Source of the DNA: a bacterium
GTDB lineage: Bacteria > Elusimicrobiota > Elusimicrobia > Elusimicrobiales > UBA9959
Reading direction: 5' to 3'
DNA length: 64,000 bases
Assembly (NCBI GenBank): GCA_021786295.1
Contig: JAJYNO010000025.1
Location: forward strand, 3,206-67,205
Below, in pieces: positions 9,629 through 17,063 of this stretch (positions are counted from its first letter, which is position 1; every line of letters begins with the position of its first letter). The notes under the pieces were generated by a model that ran no database searches, had not been told where the DNA came from, and saw nothing but the letters and a program-made list of their open reading frames with translations. Both the position numbers and the translations under genes were made by a program.

Positions 9629-9666
9629 AGACGAGAGCGGTACATAAAAAGTAGCCTGTCCCCTTT
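9599..9666. repeat. Perfect 22-bp direct repeat TAAAAAGTAGCCTGTCCCCTTT (two copies, period 46 bp)
   Basis: Copies at 9599-9620 and 9645-9666. Confidence 0.9.
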
Positions 9667-10918
9667 ATTTTTTTAGGAGGAGGTAGAGGCGGCCGGGGTT
9701 CCAGAGCTTGAAGGCGAAGGTGCGGGCCTTCTTGCCGTTGCCGGCGAAGAAGTCCACCCGGCCCGGGCCCTTTATGGCGCCGCCGGTGTCCTGGCAGAAG
9801 ACGAAGCGGGCGTACGGCCTGCGGCCCAGCAGGACCCCGTCCTTGTCCACGTCGGGAGCGTCGTCTATCCGCAGGAAGGCCAGCGCGCCCATCGGCACGA
9901 TGGTGTTGTCCACCGCCACCGAGCGCCAGCCGGTGAGAGGCAGGCCGTAGGTGCCCTGCGGCCCCTCGTCGGGATCGGCCGGCTGCTCGAGTCTGAAGAA
10001 GACGTAGCGTCTGTCCATGCCGAGCAGGCGGCGCGCCTGGTCCGGGTGGTCCTCCAGGTATTTTTCGCCCTTCTCCGGGCTGATGCCGGCGCGCGGAAGC
10101 GCCCCCGCCTCCACCATGGCCGAAAGCCAGCCCTTGAACTTGAGGCTGTTCGTGGCCGCGAACTTGGCCTTCATCACGCGCCCGTCCGGCAGCAGCAGGC
10201 GGGCCGAGCCCTCGGTGTGCAGGTCCATCAGGTCGGCGCGGGACTTCAGCCAGGCCAGTTCCAGGCCCTTGCCGGCCAGAGCGCCCTTGAAGTCTATGTC
10301 GTCGCGGTTCAGGTAGGGGACCAGGTTCCCGTCCTGCACGCGGCCGGTTATCTTCTGGCCCTTCAGCTTAGGGTCGAAGTCCTCCAGGTTCACCGTTATC
10401 AGGTCCGGGGGCTTGGCGTAGATGGGGTACTTGTAAGGGCCGGTCTTGGTGAGGCTGGCGTCTATCGTGGGCTCGTAGTAGGAGCTGAAGACCACCGTGC
10501 CGGTGGAGTCGTTGCCCGCCAGCTCGTAGACGTCGAAGCCGGCCTTTATCTCGCGGTCCAGGTCCGCCGCCGTGGGGGAGGACTGGAGTATCTTTATGAA
10601 TTCCTCGTCGGCGGCAGCCAGGTCCCCGGCGGTCACCTCGCGGCCGGCGAACGCGTACGGCAGGCCGGCGCCCTTAAGGCCCTGGAAATAGGCGCGGTCG
10701 AGCAGAGCGGCCTTGAGGAGCCCGGCGCGGTCGCCTGGGTCGGCGAAGGACGGCAGGTCGGCCGCTGCCGGCACGAACATGGCCGGGGCGGCGGCAGCGG
10801 GAGCGGTGGAGACCGGGGCCGGGCAGGGGGGGCAGGGCGGACAGACCTGTGGCCTGGTCCTCAGCGAGGCGCAGCCCGTCAGCGCCAGTCCAGCCGTCAG
10901 TAAGATCGCGTTCTTCAT
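9665..10918 (-). CDS. mltA: Membrane-bound lytic murein transglycosylase A (lipoprotein)
   Basis: LTGC lipobox, SSYYEP, YPIYAKPPDL, RYVFF, SVAVD, QDTGGAIKGPGRVDFFAG (3D domain). Confidence 0.92.
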   Translation of the reverse strand: MKNAILLTAGLALTGCASLRTRPQVCPPCPPCPAPVSTAPAAAAPAMFVPAAADLPSFADPGDRAGLLKAALLDRAYFQGLKGAGLPYAFAGREVTAGDLAAADEEFIKILQSSPTAADLDREIKAGFDVYELAGNDSTGTVVFSSYYEPTIDASLTKTGPYKYPIYAKPPDLITVNLEDFDPKLKGQKITGRVQDGNLVPYLNRDDIDFKGALAGKGLELAWLKSRADLMDLHTEGSARLLLPDGRVMKAKFAATNSLKFKGWLSAMVEAGALPRAGISPEKGEKYLEDHPDQARRLLGMDRRYVFFRLEQPADPDEGPQGTYGLPLTGWRSVAVDNTIVPMGALAFLRIDDAPDVDKDGVLLGRRPYARFVFCQDTGGAIKGPGRVDFFAGNGKKARTFAFKLWNPGRLYLLLKK

Positions 10919-10988
10919 CAGTGCCTCCGTGTCCCGGCCGGATAAAATAGCGCCGTCTTTTGGATTTCATTATCCCAAAATCCGTTTA

Positions 10989-11017
10989 TTGACACAAGCG
11001 GGTTTTTCTAATAGACT
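10989..11017 (+). promoter_or_regulatory. Sigma70-type promoter of the FecR/barrel operon
   Basis: TTGACA-17 nt-TAGACT, ending 6 nt before ATG 11024. Confidence 0.8.
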
Positions 11018-11023
11018 CTCCCT

Positions 11024-12943
11024 ATGAAAGACAATATTTTCAGGGGGTGCGCGGCGCTGCTGTTCGCGGTCTTCGCCGCGCTCCCGGCCGCCGCGCTGGC
11101 CGGCGAGGCGCAGATAATCGCGCTGGGCGGCAGCGTTCAGGCGCGGCTGACCAGCGAGGGGGACTGGGTGAAGGCCTCCAAAGGCCTGTCGGTCCCGGAG
11201 GGCGGCGCGATACGCACCGACGCAGGAGGGGCGGCAGTGGTGCTGATGCCGAACAAGAGCAAGATCTGGCTAAAGGAGAGCACCCGCCTGGAGATAGAGC
11301 AGCGCCAGACGTTCGCCACCAGGCTGGCGCTGCTGTTCGGCAGGATCAAGGCCCGGGTGCCGCACCTGATGCGCCAGGAGAGGTTCGAGGTGCGCACTCC
11401 GTCTGCCGTCTGCGCGGTGCGGGGCACCGAGTTCACGATGGGCACCAGCGAGGACGGCAAGATGGACCTGAAGGTCCTTTTCGGCGAGGTCAACCTGCGC
11501 TTCAACGTGCCTCCGGCCGTGGGTCCGGACAGGTTCGACGTGCCGCAGGGGGAGGAGCTCTCAAGCGCCCCGGAGGGCAAGCCGAACAGGCCGGTGCTGC
11601 TGACGGCCAAGGCCGAGAGCGAGGCCCTCGAGAACTGGGACCCGGGGCTCACTCCGGAGGAGAGGACGGCGGACCTGGTGCGCAAGGAGAACGACCGCGC
11701 CCAGATCCGCGAGTTCGCCGCGGCCACCCAGAACGCCGAGGCGCAGGTCAGGAGCTTCCTGAACGTGGTCAAGGAGTCAGACCTGGCGGCCGGCCGCACG
11801 CTGACCGACGTGCACGGCAATCTGGTGCGAGTGGACCAGCGTCTGCTGCGCCCGGCTCCGGACCAGATACAGTTCTTCAACCTGGTCAAGCGCCAGGTCT
11901 ACAACAACGACGGCTCCTCGGCGCAGAACGGCGGCTTCGCGTACAACGGCGGGCAGGTGATGAACCGCCTGGACTACATGCAGATGACGATGGCCTTCAA
12001 CCAGGCCCTGCCGCAGCGCCTGGAGGACTGGCCAGGCTTCTTCGACAAGAACTCGGTCAAGCCGTCCTGGGCCTCCTTCGTGACGGCCAACCGCACCGAC
12101 GCCTCGCAGATCTTCTTCGCAGCCGAGGGCTACAAGTACGACCAGGCCAGGGACGAGCTGGTCAACAATCCCGGAATACTGACCAATGCCGACGGTTCCC
12201 CTCTGCCGGCCACCAGCCCGGACGACAGGGAGACGCTGATAACAGGCGTGCTGAACGACGATACCGGCGCCGGCGGGACCGGGATCAGCGCGGTACAGGG
12301 CCTGAGCATGATATCCAAACTGCAGGTGGCCGACTCCGGGGCCGGCAACGGGACGCTGGTCTACAAGGACGCCGCCTCCCATCCCGTGGACGGGACCGGG
12401 GCGGGGACCGCCTCGGACGTGGTCTGGGCCGTGCAGACGGCCAATCTGCCCGGCTATGAAAGCAAGGGCTCGGACACGGTAAGCGGCGACGGAGCCCCGC
12501 TCTGGCAGTACCAGGCGGACATGTACGATATCGGCAACCAGCAGTCTACGAACGCGGGAGAATACCTCTGGTTCGCCAAAGAGAACTACGGCATAAGCAA
12601 CAACGGCGCGATAAAGACGGTCGGGGACCTTACGGATTCCGGGCAGGACCCTTTCACCGTGCTGAAGAACAGCGCGCTGGAGAGCGTGATGTACATAAAG
12701 AAATCGTTCGGCAACGATCCGGCCGCCCTCGCCGCAGCGCTCAATCCCTCTCAGATCCCCGTGGCAGCTCTGACGCCCGCCCAGGAAGACGTCCTGAAAA
12801 ACGACATCTCCGGGGAAGATTACTTTTCCTACGGCTCCGGCGGCCCCGGCATGGGCACCAACATCGACGTGGTCTTTATCCCGGACCTGGCCGTGGCCGC
12901 TGTGCAGCGCATGCTGCCTGCTATAACGAGCCTTAAGAACTAA
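11024..12943 (+). CDS. Secreted FecR-domain protein with uncharacterised C-terminal region (paralog A)
   Basis: Signal peptide, FecR core (IRTDAGG...EVRTPSAVCAVRGTEF); shares further blocks with 52397..54022. Confidence 0.85.
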   Translation: MKDNIFRGCAALLFAVFAALPAAALAGEAQIIALGGSVQARLTSEGDWVKASKGLSVPEGGAIRTDAGGAAVVLMPNKSKIWLKESTRLEIEQRQTFATRLALLFGRIKARVPHLMRQERFEVRTPSAVCAVRGTEFTMGTSEDGKMDLKVLFGEVNLRFNVPPAVGPDRFDVPQGEELSSAPEGKPNRPVLLTAKAESEALENWDPGLTPEERTADLVRKENDRAQIREFAAATQNAEAQVRSFLNVVKESDLAAGRTLTDVHGNLVRVDQRLLRPAPDQIQFFNLVKRQVYNNDGSSAQNGGFAYNGGQVMNRLDYMQMTMAFNQALPQRLEDWPGFFDKNSVKPSWASFVTANRTDASQIFFAAEGYKYDQARDELVNNPGILTNADGSPLPATSPDDRETLITGVLNDDTGAGGTGISAVQGLSMISKLQVADSGAGNGTLVYKDAASHPVDGTGAGTASDVVWAVQTANLPGYESKGSDTVSGDGAPLWQYQADMYDIGNQQSTNAGEYLWFAKENYGISNNGAIKTVGDLTDSGQDPFTVLKNSALESVMYIKKSFGNDPAALAAALNPSQIPVAALTPAQEDVLKNDISGEDYFSYGSGGPGMGTNIDVVFIPDLAVAAVQRMLPAITSLKN

Positions 12944-12952
12944 GGGGAGACG

Positions 12953-13699
12953 ATGAAAAGAACAGCGTTCCTCATTCTGTCCGCTCTGTACGCGTCGCCC
13001 GCCTGGGCGGGAGTGGACTTCAATTCCGTCGGCATGAAGATGGCCGGCGAAGTGGTGGCCAACCCGGCCGGCTTCCTGTACGACTTCCAGCAGGATTTCG
13101 AGGGGACCACGCCGCTGCCGCCGGGCAAGAGCCTCAGTTTTCAGACCGGGCTTTGGGGAGGCATACTGCCGACGCTGGCGGCCATGCCCAGCCTTTCCGC
13201 CAAGTACCGCCTGCACCCGGAGGGCCGCCTGGCCCCCGGAGTGCCGCAGATAGACCTGATAGGCGGCTACTGGAGCTCGCCGCTGGCCAAGTCTGCCGGC
13301 AACAATTCCAGCGCCGTGAACGACCTGAAGTTCAACGGCTACTACATGGGAGCGCTGGTGACCTCTTCCGTGAGCCCGCGCGTCCGCACTTTCTGGGGCT
13401 ATAAGCACAGCCAGCTCAACGCCAGGCTCTCCTTCGCGGCGGGGCATGAACCGGACCTGCTGGGCACCAAGGTCAACAGTTTCAACACCGGTTTCAGGGA
13501 CGACTTCATCATAGCCGGCATAGAGACCCCGAAGGGCGTGGACAAGCTGTGGAGCATCCAGCTCGACTACGGCCTGGGCACGCAGACCTTCTGCAGCAAG
13601 GTCAGCTGGTACGGCAAGGTGTTCGAGCTGGGGCTGAACATCTACCCTGAGGGCGTGCTGGTGGTGCACCCCGTCTGGAACATGCACATCAATTTCTGA
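12953..13699 (+). CDS. Putative small outer-membrane beta-barrel protein
   Basis: Signal peptide, alternating hydrophobic/aromatic strands, C-terminal Phe (WNMHINF). Confidence 0.65.
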   Translation: MKRTAFLILSALYASPAWAGVDFNSVGMKMAGEVVANPAGFLYDFQQDFEGTTPLPPGKSLSFQTGLWGGILPTLAAMPSLSAKYRLHPEGRLAPGVPQIDLIGGYWSSPLAKSAGNNSSAVNDLKFNGYYMGALVTSSVSPRVRTFWGYKHSQLNARLSFAAGHEPDLLGTKVNSFNTGFRDDFIIAGIETPKGVDKLWSIQLDYGLGTQTFCSKVSWYGKVFELGLNIYPEGVLVVHPVWNMHINF

Positions 13700-13707
13700 G
13701 GACCGAA

Positions 13708-14958
13708 ATGAAAAAGACAATTCTCGGCGTTCTTATGACCGGAGCCCTGGCCGGCGGGGCCGCGGCGGCGGTGCCGGAGGACTCCAAGGTCTTCACTCCG
13801 TACTTCAACATGACGATGATGGAGGCCGGCTACGTGCCCAGCCAGGGGAACATCTTCAGCGGCGGCAACATCGACACGCAGGTCGGCATGCTTACGAAAC
13901 TCTCGCCGAAGGACCAGCTGTTCGGCCTTTACGACTTCAACTACGACGGTCAGGGCTTCGCGCCCCAGGATACGAAGCAGTTCACCGACCGCTCGATGAC
14001 GCACTCGTTCAACTTCGAGTACAGGCGCGCCCTGAGCGGGAAGTTCCGCCTGCGCCCCGGGGTCTCGTTCTCGCACGACTATTCCCGCACCGGCGCCAAC
14101 GAGACCTGGAAGACCGGCCTCTACAACATGAACTCCTTCGGCCTGCAGCTGGCCGGGGACTATCTGTTCGACTTCGAGAAGAACGGCATCGTCACGCTGA
14201 CCGTGCTGACCAAGAACGTCAAGTTCCCGAACTACACGGACCTGCTCAGCGAGTTCAACAGCGTCAACGGCCAGCAGGCCGGCGTCAACGGCGGCCTGGA
14301 GGACCAGCGCCTGACGCAGGTGAGCCTGCGCCCGATGTGGAACAAGTTCTTCGGCGGAATAACCTACACGCAGCAGGACTACAAGAACCAGAAGGTGGTG
14401 GACCTTAACTCTGCCGGAGACACTGCCGGCTACGGAGACACCAAGCAGAAGGACAAGACTACCATGCTGGACGCCGGTTTCAGGCATAAGATCTGGATCT
14501 TCGAGCTGTCGCCGATGGTCTCCTATACCGTACACCGCTCCAACCAGAACTACATCCGGTTCAAGTCCCTCGGCGCCACCTCCACCGACCTCACCTCCGG
14601 CAGTTCCGACGTGACCTTCATAGCCAGGAACTACGACTACAACGAGACCACGCTCAGCGTGCCGGTGGACCTGGACATAACCGGCAAGTGGGCCATAGGC
14701 GGAGCCGTAAGCGTGACCAGCCGCCACTATACGTCGCGGCCCAGGCGCGACGCCCTGAACGACTATATCATGGGCACCAAGCAGGACAACCTGATGACCA
14801 CGCTGACCGGCTCCATCCGCAAGCGCATCAACGAGATAGCCACGGTAAGGCTTTTCTACTCGCTGGTGGTGGCCAGCTCCAACTGCAAGTTCGAACAGTA
14901 TATGCCGTACAACTATACCGGCAACAGTTTCGGATTGGCCTACCAGCTGTCGTACTGA
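13708..14958 (+). CDS. Uncharacterised outer-membrane beta-barrel protein (paralog A)
   Basis: Signal peptide, amphipathic beta-strands rich in Y/F/N/T, C-terminal aromatic (FGLAYQLSY); homologous to 51028..52395. Confidence 0.78.
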   Translation: MKKTILGVLMTGALAGGAAAAVPEDSKVFTPYFNMTMMEAGYVPSQGNIFSGGNIDTQVGMLTKLSPKDQLFGLYDFNYDGQGFAPQDTKQFTDRSMTHSFNFEYRRALSGKFRLRPGVSFSHDYSRTGANETWKTGLYNMNSFGLQLAGDYLFDFEKNGIVTLTVLTKNVKFPNYTDLLSEFNSVNGQQAGVNGGLEDQRLTQVSLRPMWNKFFGGITYTQQDYKNQKVVDLNSAGDTAGYGDTKQKDKTTMLDAGFRHKIWIFELSPMVSYTVHRSNQNYIRFKSLGATSTDLTSGSSDVTFIARNYDYNETTLSVPVDLDITGKWAIGGAVSVTSRHYTSRPRRDALNDYIMGTKQDNLMTTLTGSIRKRINEIATVRLFYSLVVASSNCKFEQYMPYNYTGNSFGLAYQLSY

Positions 14959-14974
14959 GCGGCCGGCGCTTCCG

Positions 14975-15008
14975 CAAGGCCCGGCGGCGGGTCCTGGCCT
15001 TCTTTTTT
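14975..15008 (+). terminator. Intrinsic terminator after the FecR-barrel-barrel unit
   Basis: aaggcc...ggcctt stem followed by cttttttg. Confidence 0.65.
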
Positions 15009-15059
15009 GCGTAGTGAGAGCGCCCGATATTTGTTAATATAAGCGGTGTTCTGAACCAC

Positions 15060-16508
15060 ATGAGGACTTGCAAGGCCATAAAGACGTCCGTTCTGTGCGC
15101 GGCGGCCCTGCTGGCGGCTTCGGCCGCCGGCGCGGCCGGTCCCGGCACTTCCGCCGCCGACTTCCTGAAGATCCCGGTGGGGGCCAGGGAGACGGCTATG
15201 GGCGGAGCCTTCACTTCCGTTCCGGACGGTCCCGGCTCCGTGCTCTACAACTCCGCCGGCCTCGGCCTGGCCGCCGTGCCCGGGTTCACTTACTCCTATA
15301 ACGACTATCTGCCCGGCATCTCCCAGCACTGGCTGGCCGGCTCGCTGCCAGCCGTCGGCGGGGCCGTCGGCTTCGGCCTGGATTACCTGGACGTAAGCCC
15401 CTTCGCCTCTTACGATAATCTCGACAACAGGACCGGTTCGGTCTCCGCCTACGACATGGCCGTCTACCTGGGCTACGGGCGCGGCTTCAGGACCGGCCTG
15501 GCCTTCCTGCCTTCTCTCTACCTGGGCGCCTCTTTGAAATCGCTGAAGGAGAAGCTGGCTTCGGTCTCTGCCGCCGGCTACGCCGCCGACGCCGGCCTGC
15601 TGCTGCCTACCTCGGTGAAGGGGCTCGGCTTCGGGCTCGCGGCCAGGAACCTGGCCGCCAGCCGCCTCAGCTTCATCGGCTCCGGGGCCAGGCCGGCGGC
15701 CGAGTGGAAGGCCGGGGCCTCGTATTCGCTCGCTCCGTCCGCCTGGCCCGTGTCTTTCCTGGCCTCCGGCGACCTGAACCTGCCGAAGGACGGCTCCTCA
15801 TATTTCTCGGGAGGAATAGAAGGGACCTTCTACAGGCTGGTCTCGCTGCGGGCCGGCTACAGCTCCTACGGCGACATTTCCGACGGGCTGAGCTTCGGCC
15901 TGGGCCTGCTGCTGCCGTCGCGCTCGGGGCGGCGCCTGCGGCTGGACTATTCTTACGCCTCCACGTACGACCTCGGGAACATGCAGCGTTTCGGGATCTC
16001 CTGCGCGTTCGGAGGCCGGGCCGGCCGGGAGACGCCGGCTCCGTCCGCCGCGCCTCCCGCGACGGAGCCGGCGCCAGCAGGCGGAACCGCGCCGCCGGCG
16101 GCGGCCGCCAAGAGGAGCTTCGATTCCGCGCTGAACGACCTTTACGGCCAGGATCCGGTTAAATCGCTGGCTGCGGCAGAGTACCTCGCCGGCCTTAACG
16201 ACCCGCGGGCCATGGAGCATTTTTCGGCTCTGCTCTCCTCGGGCAGGACTGACTGGCAGATGGCGGCCCTGCGCGGTCTTGAACTCAGCAAGGACCCTCG
16301 CGCGGTTGGCGACCTCTGCCGGGCGCTGGGCGACCAGAAAGAAGAGGTGCGCGCGCACGCCGCCCTGGCCCTGGCCAGCCACCCGGGCCCGGCGGCCTCC
16401 GCCTGCCTGCAGGCCGAGCTGAAGGGCGAGAGTTCGGATATAGTGAAAAGCGCCATCATAAAGGTACTGGGCGGGATGAGCGCGGCGGGGGGGGCGGATG
16501 CACATTAG
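15060..16508 (+). CDS. PorV/PorQ-family barrel fused to a Pro/Ala linker and HEAT repeats
   Basis: ADFLKIPVGARETAMGGAF..YNSAGL PorV-type N-terminus; LRAGY; LDYSY..DLGNMQRFGIS; then HEAT-like repeats (ALGDQKEEVRAHAALAL). Confidence 0.82.
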   Translation: MRTCKAIKTSVLCAAALLAASAAGAAGPGTSAADFLKIPVGARETAMGGAFTSVPDGPGSVLYNSAGLGLAAVPGFTYSYNDYLPGISQHWLAGSLPAVGGAVGFGLDYLDVSPFASYDNLDNRTGSVSAYDMAVYLGYGRGFRTGLAFLPSLYLGASLKSLKEKLASVSAAGYAADAGLLLPTSVKGLGFGLAARNLAASRLSFIGSGARPAAEWKAGASYSLAPSAWPVSFLASGDLNLPKDGSSYFSGGIEGTFYRLVSLRAGYSSYGDISDGLSFGLGLLLPSRSGRRLRLDYSYASTYDLGNMQRFGISCAFGGRAGRETPAPSAAPPATEPAPAGGTAPPAAAAKRSFDSALNDLYGQDPVKSLAAAEYLAGLNDPRAMEHFSALLSSGRTDWQMAALRGLELSKDPRAVGDLCRALGDQKEEVRAHAALALASHPGPAASACLQAELKGESSDIVKSAIIKVLGGMSAAGGADAH

Positions 16509-17046
16509 GGAACAGTTCGCGCTCCTGGCCCTGGCCCTGGCCCTGGTCCTGCCCCTGGCCCGGCCGGCCAATGCGGCCATGAGCGGCGGGCCTTACGACC
16601 TGCCTCTGCTGGCCACGGTCTCCGGCGGGGGGACGGCGGCCGGCGGGAGCTTCACGGCCGGCGCGCTGAACCTGGGCGGGCCGTCTTTTTCTTCGGTGGC
16701 GCCGAGCGGCGGGGGTTATACCGTTGCGACGGGCGCTGCCCCGGCCGTCGTCCTGCTGGACTCCGCCCAGGTCAATCTGGCTTCCGCCCACTGCTATCCG
16801 GTGCCTTTCATGCCCTCGAGGGGGGATACCGTCATAACCTTTACCGGGCTGACCTCCTCGGCCGAGGTCAGGATATACACCATAAGCGGCCGGCTGGTGC
16901 GGGAACTGTACAAGAGCGACTTCGGGAGCAAGCTGGCGTGGGACGCCCGCAACTCCGCCGGCCAGCAGGTGGCCAGCGGGGTATATATTTACGTCATAAA
17001 GGGAGGCGGTCAGACCGCCACCGGAAAGCTGATGATAATCTGGTAG
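16498..17046 (+). CDS. Small secreted protein with T9SS-like/FlgD-Ig C-terminal sorting domain
   Basis: Signal peptide, Gly-rich N-domain, then HCYPVPF...VRIYTISGRLVREL...WDARNSAGQQVASGVYIY...TGKLMIIW. Confidence 0.82.
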   Translation: MHIREQFALLALALALVLPLARPANAAMSGGPYDLPLLATVSGGGTAAGGSFTAGALNLGGPSFSSVAPSGGGYTVATGAAPAVVLLDSAQVNLASAHCYPVPFMPSRGDTVITFTGLTSSAEVRIYTISGRLVRELYKSDFGSKLAWDARNSAGQQVASGVYIYVIKGGGQTATGKLMIIW

Positions 17047-17063
17047 AAGATCCGGAGAGAAAA

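Noticed and set aside
9599..9666. Possible mini-CRISPR array
   Set aside because: Only two 22-bp copies with a 24-bp spacer, both overlapping coding sequence, and no cas genes in the window.
11024..12943. Canonical FecIRA iron-signalling cassette
   Set aside because: No ECF sigma factor or TonB-dependent receptor is adjacent, and the FecR domain lacks the cytoplasmic anti-sigma region.
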